From a virus: a stretch of 64,000 bases of DNA. Below the pieces are notes generated by a model. The model searched no databases. It was not told where the DNA came from and was given only the letters and a program-made list of their open reading frames with translations. The DNA is taken from positions 1 to 64,000 of the IMG/VR virus record IMGVR_UViG_3300001200_000001. One strand, given 5' to 3'. This document shows, one piece after another, positions 24,888 through 34,965 of this stretch (its first letter is position 1; each line of letters opens with the position of its first letter). Position numbers and translations under genes: made by a program.

Positions 24888-26180
24888 ATGTCAGATACTG
24901 CTCAAGATCCAAAAGAATTGGATTTAGACACTCTCACCGATGACCAAGTAATGGAACTTGGACCTGATGCGGTTCAAGCTCTCATGGAACAGGAAGGTCA
25001 GGAAGATGTCTCGGAAGAAACCCCCAACAATGAACCTGGGGATGACCCAGACCCTTCTGATAAAGATGATCCTGATCCATCTACTCAAGAACCCGAAGGC
25101 GATGCAGACCCGCAACCATCAACTGAACCTGGACAGGAAGACAATCCAACTCCAGAACCTGGAGAGCCTGAGGAAGTTAAATCCGAAGAACCAGAAGGTG
25201 ATGATCCATCCAAAAAGGTTCCCGCGGAGGACTCTGGTAAGTCACCGGAGGGAGAAGCAAAAGGAAAAGAAGAGCCTAAGAAAGACTCTGAAACTCCGAA
25301 AGCTGACAAAGAAAAACCGAAACCTTCAGAGGATACTTCAGCCGTAGACTTCATGAAAAAGATCACTGCCCCTTTCAAAGCAGATGGTCGAGACATGCAA
25401 GTTCGTACAGCTGAAGATGCCATTCGTCTTATGCAGATGGGTGTGAATTATTCACGTCGTATGCAAGAGATGAAACCTCTGAAAGCTCAAGATGTTATGC
25501 TCCGTCAGCATGGTTTAAATGATCCCGAGAAGTTAAGTTATCTTATTGACTTGGCTCAAGGAAAGCCTGATGCAATTCAGAAATTGCTGAAAGAAAAAGG
25601 CATTGATCCTTTGGATATCGATACGTCCAAAGATCCAAGCTACAAAACCACGAATTATTCTCCAGATACCAAAGATCTGGACTTCCAAGAAGCAATTCAA
25701 AACACACTTGCAGCACCTCAAGGTCAAGCTTTGATCAACGATGTGAATGCCATGTGGGATGATTCTTCGAAAGAAGCTCTACGTGACCAACCACAAATTT
25801 TTAATAATTTGCTTGCCCAAATGGATTCAGGCGTTTATGAGAAGATTAAAGGTGAACTTGAGTACCAGCGGACATTAGGTCATTTGACCGGCGTTCCCTT
25901 CCTACAAGCCTACCATGAAGTAGGTGATGCGATGCAAAAGGCTGGTGTTTTTGATAAACCAAAAGACCAATCAGGAGGTCTGGCTCCGCTTCAAGCGGCT
26001 AAACCAGAACCGATTGACACTGGCGTCCGGAAGGCAGCTGATAAGCCGAAGACTGAGCAGCCCAATCCTAACCTCTCTTCAACTCCCCGAAATGCACCAT
26101 CGAATGGTGATGTAAACGATGAAAAAGATTACTCATCCATGTCGGATGAAGATTTTCTTAAACTAGGTACTCCAGGCTAA
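24888..26180 (+). CDS. scaffolding-like protein with acidic P/E/D-rich N-terminal region (N4 gp57 position)
   Basis: 430 aa. The first ~150 residues are low-complexity (EPGDDPDPSDKDDPDPSTQEPEGDADPQP...). It lies immediately upstream of the capsid gene. Confidence 0.5.
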   Translation: MSDTAQDPKELDLDTLTDDQVMELGPDAVQALMEQEGQEDVSEETPNNEPGDDPDPSDKDDPDPSTQEPEGDADPQPSTEPGQEDNPTPEPGEPEEVKSEEPEGDDPSKKVPAEDSGKSPEGEAKGKEEPKKDSETPKADKEKPKPSEDTSAVDFMKKITAPFKADGRDMQVRTAEDAIRLMQMGVNYSRRMQEMKPLKAQDVMLRQHGLNDPEKLSYLIDLAQGKPDAIQKLLKEKGIDPLDIDTSKDPSYKTTNYSPDTKDLDFQEAIQNTLAAPQGQALINDVNAMWDDSSKEALRDQPQIFNNLLAQMDSGVYEKIKGELEYQRTLGHLTGVPFLQAYHEVGDAMQKAGVFDKPKDQSGGLAPLQAAKPEPIDTGVRKAADKPKTEQPNPNLSSTPRNAPSNGDVNDEKDYSSMSDEDFLKLGTPG

Positions 26181-26221
26181 GTTGATCAAATCTATATGAG
26201 AAGTTTTGAAAGGAAAATAAA

Positions 26222-27418
26222 ATGGCTCATATTTATAACGCCCCGAACGGTTCGCCATCTACTGTTGGCACGCAGTTCAATACTCACTATTGGGATCGTC
26301 GCTCCCTGATTGATGCAGCTGAACAGATGTTCTTCTCGCCTCTTGCAGACGTGCGTTCGATGCCTATGCACTACGGCAAAGAGCTGAAGGTGTACTACTA
26401 CGTTCCATTGCTTGATGACCGTAACGTTAACGACCAAGGTCTGGACGCAGCTGGTGCCTCTTATGCTGGTGGTAATATGTACGGTTCGTCTAAAGACGTT
26501 GGTACAATCACTGGTAAGATGCCTACGCTTACTGAAACTGGTGGTCGTGTAAACCGTGTTGGTTTTACTCGTATCGAACGTTCTGGTACGCTTGCTGAAC
26601 ACGGCTTCTTCACTGAATTCACAGAAGACAGCATGGTATTTGATACAGACCAAGATTTGTACAGCCATATGTCTCGTGAAATGGTTGCCGGCGCTAACGA
26701 GATCACTGAAGACCTTCTTCAGATCGATCTTCTAAACGCTGCTGGTGTGGTTGTTTTCACAGGTACTGCTACGCAGGATTCTGAGATCACAGCTGAAGGT
26801 GCTGACCCATCTATTGTGACTTATTCTGACTTGAAAAAGTTGGCGATCACTTTGGATGATAACCGTACTCCGAAGAATACGAAAATCATCAAAGGTTCTC
26901 GTATGACAGACACTGCTACAGTTAACGCTTCTCGCGTTCTGTACATTGGTTCTGAGCTTCAGACTACTGTTGAAAACATGGTTCAGACTATTGGTTCGAC
27001 TGAAGTCGCTGCCTTTACTCCAGTACGTAAATATGCGGATGCTGCAACTATCATGAACGGTGAGATTGGCTCTGTAGCTGACTTCCGTGTGGTTGTTGTT
27101 CCAAATATGATGCACTGGGCTGGTGAAGGTGCTGCTGAAGGTACTAACCCTGGTTACTCTGCTACTGGCGGTAACTACGACATCTTCCCGATGTTGGTGG
27201 TTGGTGATGCTTCTTTCGCAACTGTTGGTCTACAGATGTCCGGCAAAAAAGGTGCGAAGCAGAAGTTCAAAATCATTGTGAAGAAACCTGGCAAAGAACA
27301 GGCCACTACACAAGATCCATTCGGTAAGGTTGGCTTCAGCTCGATCACGTTCTACCATGGCTTTATCGCCTTGCGTGATGAACGTATCGGCCTTGTCAAA
27401 ACGGTCGCACCTGAATAA
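26222..27418 (+). CDS. major capsid protein (N4 gp56-like)
   Basis: 398 aa. Strong codon bias (highly expressed look), a terminator hairpin after it, and size and position as in N4. Confidence 0.75.
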   Translation: MAHIYNAPNGSPSTVGTQFNTHYWDRRSLIDAAEQMFFSPLADVRSMPMHYGKELKVYYYVPLLDDRNVNDQGLDAAGASYAGGNMYGSSKDVGTITGKMPTLTETGGRVNRVGFTRIERSGTLAEHGFFTEFTEDSMVFDTDQDLYSHMSREMVAGANEITEDLLQIDLLNAAGVVVFTGTATQDSEITAEGADPSIVTYSDLKKLAITLDDNRTPKNTKIIKGSRMTDTATVNASRVLYIGSELQTTVENMVQTIGSTEVAAFTPVRKYADAATIMNGEIGSVADFRVVVVPNMMHWAGEGAAEGTNPGYSATGGNYDIFPMLVVGDASFATVGLQMSGKKGAKQKFKIIVKKPGKEQATTQDPFGKVGFSSITFYHGFIALRDERIGLVKTVAPE

Positions 27419-27441
27419 GGTGTAACCCATATACACTAAGT

Positions 27442-27464
27442 AAGGGGGCTGTAGTGGCCCCCTT
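27442..27464 (+). terminator. hairpin after capsid gene
   Basis: AAGGGGGC-tgtagtg-GCCCCCTT, an 8-bp GC-rich stem. The U-tract is weak. Confidence 0.5.
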
Positions 27465-27503
27465 GCAGTATCTAACCTCTCTTAACCAATTAGGATTGAA
27501 ACC

Positions 27504-28268
27504 ATGTCAAAAGACACAAAAATCGCCCAAGTTGAAGCAATGGAAGACATTGTAGAAGTTCGCGCCGCAGCTACTGAGCTCGGTGTTTCTTTTTCTGGTA
27601 ACTCTGGTATCGACACTTTAAAAGGCAAAGTGATTGACGCAATCAAAGCAGCTCCAGATGATGAAGACGAAACTCCAGCTGGCCCAACAGATGCTGAAAT
27701 TGAAGAAGCAAATGCTCAAGCCGAACGTGATGCAGAAGCAGCCAAAGCTGCACAAACACCACCAGCTCCCGTTCCTACGCCTGATCTAGGTCAAGATGAT
27801 GATGAAGAGATTGAAGTTGCTGTAGCAGCTCCTTCAAATCGTTTGTCTGTCGAAGAACTCTTGGAAATGGATCCCAATGAAGTTGAAGACGTAAAAATTC
27901 GTCGTCAGGTTATCCGTGCGAAAGCAATGCGATTGCATCGTGTTCGTATTACCAATTTGGATCCTGCAGATGCATCTTTGGAAGGCGCCATCATCACTGT
28001 TGTAAACAAATACATCAGTAAGGTGTCTAAGTTCATTCCATTTGGTGAAGCCGGTGATAACGGTTATCACGTTGAAGAAGTTCTTTTGAATGCAATGCGG
28101 ACTAAAAAGTACGCTATGCGTAAAGAAATCAAAGGTGCTAAATTTGGTGTCAAACAGTACAAAACTGTTATGGTTCCAAAATATTCTATTGAAGAGCTTC
28201 CTCCTTTGACTAAAGAAGAAGTTGAAGCTTTGGCTCAACGTCAAGCTGCAGCAAACGCTATTGGCTAA
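27504..28268 (+). CDS. hypothetical virion-module protein (N4 gp55 position)
   Basis: 254-aa ORF with an A/E/D-rich linker; assigned by synteny only. Confidence 0.5.
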   Translation: MSKDTKIAQVEAMEDIVEVRAAATELGVSFSGNSGIDTLKGKVIDAIKAAPDDEDETPAGPTDAEIEEANAQAERDAEAAKAAQTPPAPVPTPDLGQDDDEEIEVAVAAPSNRLSVEELLEMDPNEVEDVKIRRQVIRAKAMRLHRVRITNLDPADASLEGAIITVVNKYISKVSKFIPFGEAGDNGYHVEEVLLNAMRTKKYAMRKEIKGAKFGVKQYKTVMVPKYSIEELPPLTKEEVEALAQRQAAANAIG

Positions 28269-28322
28269 ATGCTGTATTCTCTGGTATGAAACCAGGGATT
28301 AAATTAAAGAAGGTAAACGGAC

Positions 28323-29453
28323 ATGGCTGATTCAACTACAACAGTTATTGCAGGTCTCAACACAAACGAGACTGATTGTAACATCGAAGATGATGCTAAT
28401 GCTCTGTTTACCGCTTTAATTGCGGACGTCCCTACACCGCCTACAATCGATTTCAATGATGATGATTTTGATTACTCCCCGGATGATAATTCAGTTCTGT
28501 ACGAAGATCCGGGCTCTATTTCTATTGATGATCTGACAACTGGTGCTCTGGATGGTACTGGTGTGTTTGATAAGATGATGGCCTCCGTTGATAAACATAT
28601 TCAACGTGAATTCAAAGACGGCCGCATCAATGCTGATGAATACGCCAAAGTTTACACCCAGGTTATGGGTGGTGTGCTTTCAAACGCTACACAATTTGTT
28701 CTAACAAAAGATTCTGCTCGTTGGGCTGCTATTCAAGCTCAGATGCAAGCTCGTGTTGCTGAAGTCCAGGCTACGAAAGCCTTGGTTGAACTTGCAAGCA
28801 CTAAAGTTGAAGCAGCTAAAATTGTCTATGACATGCAAACATCTGGTGCTCAGTACGCTCTAACTAAAGTTAATGTTGCGAACGCTGAAGCTCAACATTG
28901 CCTGATCACTGCACAAACCAAGAAAGAGGAATACATGAACGAACATGTACTTCCAATCACCTTGGCTCAAGAACAACACAAACTGAACAAAACCCTCCCT
29001 CTACAAACACAGCTCATCGAAGAGCAGGTAGAGAAAGAGTACGCTCAGACAATGGACACACGTACAGATGGTCTTACTCCTGTTGGAGGTGTTATTGGTC
29101 AACAGAAAGCTTCTCTTGAGCTTGATGTACAAACCAAACAGTATAGCTTGGATAACACTCTCCCTGCTCAGCTTAACATTCTGGCTGAACAGCGTGAAAG
29201 TGAGCGTGCCAAGACATTGGATACCCGTACTGGTGGTGAATTGGTTGAAGGCGCCATGGGCAAACAAAAAGATTTGTACGATCAACAGATCGACAGCTTC
29301 AAGAAAGATGCGAAATACAAGACAGCTAAAATGTACTTGGATGGTTGGATTACGCAGAAAACTCTTGATGAAGGTTTGACTGCTCCTGATCAGCTGACAA
29401 ATACAAACATTGATTCGGTTCTTTCAGCAATCCGTCTTGAAAACAGCCTGTAA
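28323..29453 (+). CDS. virion structural protein (N4 gp54 position)
   Basis: 376-aa ORF; assigned by synteny only. Confidence 0.5.
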   Translation: MADSTTTVIAGLNTNETDCNIEDDANALFTALIADVPTPPTIDFNDDDFDYSPDDNSVLYEDPGSISIDDLTTGALDGTGVFDKMMASVDKHIQREFKDGRINADEYAKVYTQVMGGVLSNATQFVLTKDSARWAAIQAQMQARVAEVQATKALVELASTKVEAAKIVYDMQTSGAQYALTKVNVANAEAQHCLITAQTKKEEYMNEHVLPITLAQEQHKLNKTLPLQTQLIEEQVEKEYAQTMDTRTDGLTPVGGVIGQQKASLELDVQTKQYSLDNTLPAQLNILAEQRESERAKTLDTRTGGELVEGAMGKQKDLYDQQIDSFKKDAKYKTAKMYLDGWITQKTLDEGLTAPDQLTNTNIDSVLSAIRLENSL

Positions 29454-29466
29454 GGAGTAACATCCT

Positions 29467-32139
29467 ATGGGTCTGTTTAGCTCAAAAACCATTATTAGTG
29501 TTTCTTCTTCCCTGTATAATCTTGCAGGTGAAGAAGACGGACGCGAGAATTATCTCAAAGCCAATCTATTCTCAGCTCAGCTGAAGGATGATGGTTCTTA
29601 CTTGGGAGAGACTCTTGTAGGAAATTACTTGTCGGGCCCGGGAATTAAACAACGACAATTCTTCAGTTGGGCTGTTCGTAATGATTACGTTGGTTTACCG
29701 GCACTTAGCGTATCAAACACAAGTGCGATCGATCCTGCAGTTGTGGCTCCATTTATCCCAGTACCATCATCTCCTTCTGGTTTGGTGACTGAAGTATTTG
29801 ATGCATCTGTATCTGATGGAGACTATTCATACTTTGCGGAGCAATACGTTTTAGCTAATTTCCCTGAACTACACGATACTGAGTGGGCGTCAGAATATAA
29901 CTATGATGATCACACGATCACCATTCAGTATGAAGATGGTTCAACAGAAATCATTCCAGGTGGGAATTACTCTTCAGATAAACGGTATATTGTAGGGTAC
30001 TATTTTCAGTACGTACCTGAGAACACTGGTTCATTAATTAATGGAACTTTCCACACAGATGTGGATGATTTTAGTTCTCTACCAGACGATACTGGTTATA
30101 CACAGGACTCTCAAACCAACACAACAACTGAAACGTTCTCGATGAACAAACGTACTACGGAAACGGTGACTTATTCCAATTCATCGAATGAAGACGTGAC
30201 AGTAACTGATGAACCTTTCTCTGATTCATTTTTGGGAAATACCATTGTTAAAACCAAATCAGAATTCTCAGGAGTTGAAGAAGGTAGTTCGGAACGAAGC
30301 CGTACTGACTATTTTTACAACATCCATGAACGTCGTCAGATCAAAGTGAATACGACAACCACTGTGACTTCTGAAGAAGTAAATGGTGTGACCGAAACTA
30401 CAACAACCGTCGTAGAGCTCGATTACCTGGATCCGGTCTGGGATTATCAGATCAACACACAAGAGACTGTGTTTGATGCTGTGCATGATGGGAACCAGAT
30501 CTACATTTATGAACTGGATACTGGTAATGCGACATTGGATGCTTTGGAAAGTGAAGCGGCAGTAGGAACTCAGCCAGAGTTTTACCCATTCATCCCGGTA
30601 CGTATTAATAACAAGTCCATCACTCATGAGACATATGAGAATAATGGTTTGTATGATGAAGCGGAAGCTGCATACAAGAAAGCGTCTAATCGTGCGAGTT
30701 TCTCTGAATTAGTTGAAAGTGTTGAAGATAACGAAGATCTAAATCAGATCGATTACGCTTATGTTGATTTTGGGGTAGTTCTTAATACCTCAAGCAATTC
30801 AGGTAAGAAATATATCCATGAGTTCTTGAAAGGACTGATTCCGTATCAAAATACAACTCTTCAAGAGATGGATGATTTTAAGGCAGAGGTTAGATCATAT
30901 AATGCGGCTGTAGCAGCATATCAAAGTTGGCATTCTCAAAACCAAGGACAAGATGCGAGTGGTCAGGAACCTCCTCCTCGTCCTTCTATTTCTGACCCTA
31001 AAACAACAACTCTTCGTTTGTTGACTGATGATAGCCTTACTCAGTCTTACGATATTCGTTTGTCTTGGTCGAACATTCAGGAAGAGATCATCACAGGTGA
31101 ACATGAAAGTGGTGTGGCAGTTGGAGATACTCGCCTCGAGAAAGGTACGTCCATTTCTTGGGGTGGTTATTTGTTTGGTACAAATACCCTACATACTCTT
31201 CATGTATATCGTCAGCTGACAGCAACTACATACTCCAAAATTACCGCTTATGGATTGCTCCATCGTAACTACATTTACGGCGGTAAAAATGTGCTGACTG
31301 ATACCTCAACTGCTCTGGATGATGATGAGGATTCCAGTTTTTTGGTTCCAATGCACCAACCAACTATTAAATCGATGTCTCTTGTCGACACAACACAGAT
31401 TGCGACTGAAAACACCTACCTGGTGATTAACTCGTACACCATTACAAAACAGAAATGGTATCAACGAGGGATCTTTAAGATCATTCTGTTTATCGTAATC
31501 ATTGTAGTTTCGATTTTAATTAACCCCGGAGCATTAGCAGGTGCCACTGGCTTACTTGGGACTAACTTAGCGGTAGGAACTGCCATTGGTTTATCAGGCA
31601 CAGCTGCCATTATTGCTGGTGCCGCTATTAATGCGATTGTTGGCCTAGTTGTAGCTCAGATCATTACAGCTGGTGCAACTAAACTATTTGGCGCCAAATT
31701 AGGTGCAATTATCGGTGCTATCGTTTCATTTGCAGTTGGTTTCGCAACAACAGGTGGGTTTGCTAATTTTACTTTTGGTTCTGCAGAGAGTATTCTGAAA
31801 CTCGGTAATGTATTGGCAAATGCTTATACCGGTTGGACTACAGCCAATATTACTGAAATTAACGAGCAAATGGCTGAAAACCAAACGGCTTATGAAGAAA
31901 AATTGGATGAGATCAACAATTTGCTCAAAGAGCTCGGTGGAACAAATGATTTGTCTTTTAATCCATTAGAGCTTACAGATGTGACAATCGGCAATGACCG
32001 TAGTGTTTCTGGTTATTTACCTGAAGGACTTGACGAGTTCATCCAACGTACCACGATGGTGGGATCGGACATCGTAGATATCACACTCTCAATGATTAAC
32101 GATTATCCTGAACTCGCTCGTCAACTTCCTCGTAATTAG
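29467..32139 (+). CDS. large virion protein with C-terminal glycine-zipper membrane segment (N4 gp53 position)
   Basis: 890 aa. A ~100-aa stretch is G/A/I-rich and hydrophobic (IFKIILFIVIIVVSILINPGALAGATGLLG...GAIVSFAVGFATTGGF), consistent with an ejected channel-forming protein. Confidence 0.55.
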   Translation: MGLFSSKTIISVSSSLYNLAGEEDGRENYLKANLFSAQLKDDGSYLGETLVGNYLSGPGIKQRQFFSWAVRNDYVGLPALSVSNTSAIDPAVVAPFIPVPSSPSGLVTEVFDASVSDGDYSYFAEQYVLANFPELHDTEWASEYNYDDHTITIQYEDGSTEIIPGGNYSSDKRYIVGYYFQYVPENTGSLINGTFHTDVDDFSSLPDDTGYTQDSQTNTTTETFSMNKRTTETVTYSNSSNEDVTVTDEPFSDSFLGNTIVKTKSEFSGVEEGSSERSRTDYFYNIHERRQIKVNTTTTVTSEEVNGVTETTTTVVELDYLDPVWDYQINTQETVFDAVHDGNQIYIYELDTGNATLDALESEAAVGTQPEFYPFIPVRINNKSITHETYENNGLYDEAEAAYKKASNRASFSELVESVEDNEDLNQIDYAYVDFGVVLNTSSNSGKKYIHEFLKGLIPYQNTTLQEMDDFKAEVRSYNAAVAAYQSWHSQNQGQDASGQEPPPRPSISDPKTTTLRLLTDDSLTQSYDIRLSWSNIQEEIITGEHESGVAVGDTRLEKGTSISWGGYLFGTNTLHTLHVYRQLTATTYSKITAYGLLHRNYIYGGKNVLTDTSTALDDDEDSSFLVPMHQPTIKSMSLVDTTQIATENTYLVINSYTITKQKWYQRGIFKIILFIVIIVVSILINPGALAGATGLLGTNLAVGTAIGLSGTAAIIAGAAINAIVGLVVAQIITAGATKLFGAKLGAIIGAIVSFAVGFATTGGFANFTFGSAESILKLGNVLANAYTGWTTANITEINEQMAENQTAYEEKLDEINNLLKELGGTNDLSFNPLELTDVTIGNDRSVSGYLPEGLDEFIQRTTMVGSDIVDITLSMINDYPELARQLPRN

Positions 32140-32151
32140 AAAGGCCCAATC

Positions 32152-32583
32152 ATGTACGATCTTAACAACCCTGGATACACACCGATCGCCCAAGCTGCTG
32201 TACAACAACACACGACAGGTGGTCAAAATCCAACTCTAACTCCTGGAATTCAACCAACAGCTGGTTATACGCCTGTGGCTGCCAACTTTGGTAACACTCA
32301 AGGCCAGGGTTCATTTTTCCGTAATGCAAACGGTTCGTTTAATACCAACAACCTTCAGTTGGGTCTTGGAGCAATCCAAACCCTTGGTTCATTGTGGATG
32401 TCATTTAAACAGAACAAGCTGGCTGAGAAGTCATTGGGTCTTCAAGAAAAAGCTTTTGAAACCAATCTCCACAACCAGACGACTTCGTACAACACAGCAT
32501 TAGAAGATCGCATTCGTGCTCGTTACCATACTGAAGGTCGTTCTGATCAGGCTGATTCGTACATCAACGAGCATAAGCTTTAA
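32152..32583 (+). CDS. hypothetical virion-module protein
   Basis: 143-aa ORF with a G/N/Q/T-rich N-terminal half. Confidence 0.5.
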   Translation: MYDLNNPGYTPIAQAAVQQHTTGGQNPTLTPGIQPTAGYTPVAANFGNTQGQGSFFRNANGSFNTNNLQLGLGAIQTLGSLWMSFKQNKLAEKSLGLQEKAFETNLHNQTTSYNTALEDRIRARYHTEGRSDQADSYINEHKL

Positions 32584-32600
32584 TATGAAGGAGAGGCTTC

Positions 32601-34952
32601 ATGGCCCAACTAACAATTAAGAATGTAGCCGCTCCTAATCTCAGTGGCACAAGTCAAATTCTCGCTAATGCAGCTGCATCTCTAAACTCCGGTTTGGCTG
32701 CAGCTTCTGGTGTTTTGGATAAGTATGCGGCTGGTCAACAAGAATCAGCGGATGCATCGGTTCTGAGCACAATTGCTGGTATCTCTTCTGAAGAAGAGCT
32801 TGGTAAGTTCCTTGGTTCTGGACAACTGGAAGGTCTAAACCTTTCTCCTGCCATGCGTGAAACTGTATTAGGTCTTCGTAAAGGCATTCTAGCAAACGAT
32901 CAGACCCGGGCAAATATTGGACAAACACAAGCAAATACAGGGCTTATCGGTGCAAATACTGATCGAGTTCGTGCATCAACAGCTATTGCTCAGGCTGCTG
33001 AAGGTCGTACCGCGGCAGAATACCAAGATGGTGTGAATGTACGTAATGCTCGTCGAGCACTTACTCCAGCTGTTGTAGGTGCCAATATTGAAGGCAACCA
33101 ACAAGGACAGCCTCAAATTACGCCTACAAATTTTGACTTTAAACGTTATGCTACTGGTGGTGCCCAACGTTCAGATTCCTTTAATGGTATGACACCAAGC
33201 ATGCAGAATGGTTTGGCAGGTCTTCTATCAACTGCTGATAGTGAAATTGGTAAAGGTCTCCAAGTCTATTCTGGATATCGTTCTGCTGATGTACAAGCAG
33301 GTATCGTATCTCAAAACATGAACAAGTATGGTCTTGGTTCTCGTCGAAATGAATGGGAAAATGATGTTCGAACTCTTGGTGCTGCAGCTGCTGGCCAGAA
33401 ATGGCGTCCGATTATGCGTGAAGCTGGTCTTACCAAATTTGTTGCTATGCCTGGCGGCTCTAAACACCAAACAGGTCAGGCTGCTGATTTGAAATGGAAT
33501 GGTCAACGTCTTGATCAAGCTCCTGCAGCTGTACGTGACTGGGTTAAACAAAACGCTTCTCGTTTTGGTTTGGCAGTGCCAATGGCTCATGAACCATGGC
33601 AGGTAGAGACTTCTGATGCTCGTAGTGGTGGTACTACAAATGCTCAAGCTGTTCCTTCAAATCAACGTCCAGCATTTAACAATCTCCAACAGGCGATTGC
33701 TCAATCTGTATACTTGGATCCAGCTGACGCTCAGAAGTTATTGGCCGATGCATATTCTGCTCAAAAATTAGGTCAGACACGTATTGATGCTGCAAATGCT
33801 GCTGCTCAACAAGAAGCCTCAGCTGCTGCTATTCTTGCTGCAGTACAAGATCCAAACAACATTAATACTCAAGGTGTTGTAACAGATTTGATTAACAATC
33901 CTGCGGTAGGCAATAGTAACGAACGTATTGAGGCTATTGCTCGTGCTCAAGGTCTAGCAGGTCAAGATGGTCCTCTATCTGGTGTATTGTCTCCACGAGT
34001 TAGTACAGATGAGACTATTCGTAATTCAATCGAATTGTTTAATGGCCGGGAAGGTGCAAATATTGCTTCTTCTGTACAAACTCGTTTGTTGAATGATGCT
34101 CAGAACTATGTTGAAGATCCTGCTGGTACTTTGATTTCACAGTTCGGTATGGAAGCTACTCCAGAATTACGGAATGATCTTCGTACTACTATTAACAACT
34201 TGGCTCGTGAGACTGGCGTTACCCCTCAACTTGCTGCTGTTGCTTTGGCTGAGAACTTTAATCGAAATGACACCTGGGGCTCTGATCCAGCTTCAGATCG
34301 TTTCTACGTGGAAAATGCTAAAAAATTCATTGACACAAACTTGTCAGAAAATGCTTTGTCACGTTTCAATGAACAACGTGTTGTGAGTGAATCTCGTCAA
34401 CGTCAAGTCGGTGCTCTTCGTCTTCAGTTGGATACACTTCGTAGTCAAGCTGCTAAGTATGGCGCAAATGTACCACCTGCATTAGCTCAGAATATCCAAA
34501 GCCTACAGTCACAGATTTTGACTGCAACTAATGGTGCAATTCCTGAACCAACTGCTACGTCACAAGTTCAGGCTCCCGTACAACAGGATAGTCCTACAGC
34601 TCGAGATGCTATTGCCGAGGCTGCAGCACCTCAACCAACTATCCAACAACCAACAATACAGGTTCCCGCTCAGGCAGATCGACCAATTCCTCAAGGTCAA
34701 AGTGGGCAGGTACAGTTGGAACCTGATGCATTTGATGCTAAATTGACCCTACAAGAACAAGAATATAATCGTGTTCAATTACGGGATTATATCGAAACTT
34801 CTGGATATCGTGAGCAATTAAGTGCTACAGCTCCTGGAAGCGCCGATCGTCAACTTGTCATTGAAGCATTGGCACGTCGCATTCAAGATGATACACGTCT
34901 TACAGATGCAGAAAAACAAGGTCTCCTGAGTGCGATTACAGGAGGTAACTAA
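32601..34952 (+). CDS. internal virion protein with embedded M15-type cell-wall peptidase domain
   Basis: 783 aa. VYSGYRSADVQ ... GGSKHQTGQAADL ... AHEPWQVE resembles the VanY/M15 zinc-peptidase signature (SxHxxGxAxD). The flanks are Q/A-rich. Confidence 0.6.
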   Translation: MAQLTIKNVAAPNLSGTSQILANAAASLNSGLAAASGVLDKYAAGQQESADASVLSTIAGISSEEELGKFLGSGQLEGLNLSPAMRETVLGLRKGILANDQTRANIGQTQANTGLIGANTDRVRASTAIAQAAEGRTAAEYQDGVNVRNARRALTPAVVGANIEGNQQGQPQITPTNFDFKRYATGGAQRSDSFNGMTPSMQNGLAGLLSTADSEIGKGLQVYSGYRSADVQAGIVSQNMNKYGLGSRRNEWENDVRTLGAAAAGQKWRPIMREAGLTKFVAMPGGSKHQTGQAADLKWNGQRLDQAPAAVRDWVKQNASRFGLAVPMAHEPWQVETSDARSGGTTNAQAVPSNQRPAFNNLQQAIAQSVYLDPADAQKLLADAYSAQKLGQTRIDAANAAAQQEASAAAILAAVQDPNNINTQGVVTDLINNPAVGNSNERIEAIARAQGLAGQDGPLSGVLSPRVSTDETIRNSIELFNGREGANIASSVQTRLLNDAQNYVEDPAGTLISQFGMEATPELRNDLRTTINNLARETGVTPQLAAVALAENFNRNDTWGSDPASDRFYVENAKKFIDTNLSENALSRFNEQRVVSESRQRQVGALRLQLDTLRSQAAKYGANVPPALAQNIQSLQSQILTATNGAIPEPTATSQVQAPVQQDSPTARDAIAEAAAPQPTIQQPTIQVPAQADRPIPQGQSGQVQLEPDAFDAKLTLQEQEYNRVQLRDYIETSGYREQLSATAPGSADRQLVIEALARRIQDDTRLTDAEKQGLLSAITGGN

Positions 34953-34965
34953 AGAGAGATAAATT

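Noticed and set aside
24888-25350. The acidic P/E/D-rich region of the 430-aa protein as a DNA-mimic anti-restriction (Ocr-like) protein.
   Set aside because: It lies between the portal and major capsid genes, at the N4 gp57 position, and it has a long ordinary C-terminal domain. A scaffolding or head-assembly role is the simpler reading.
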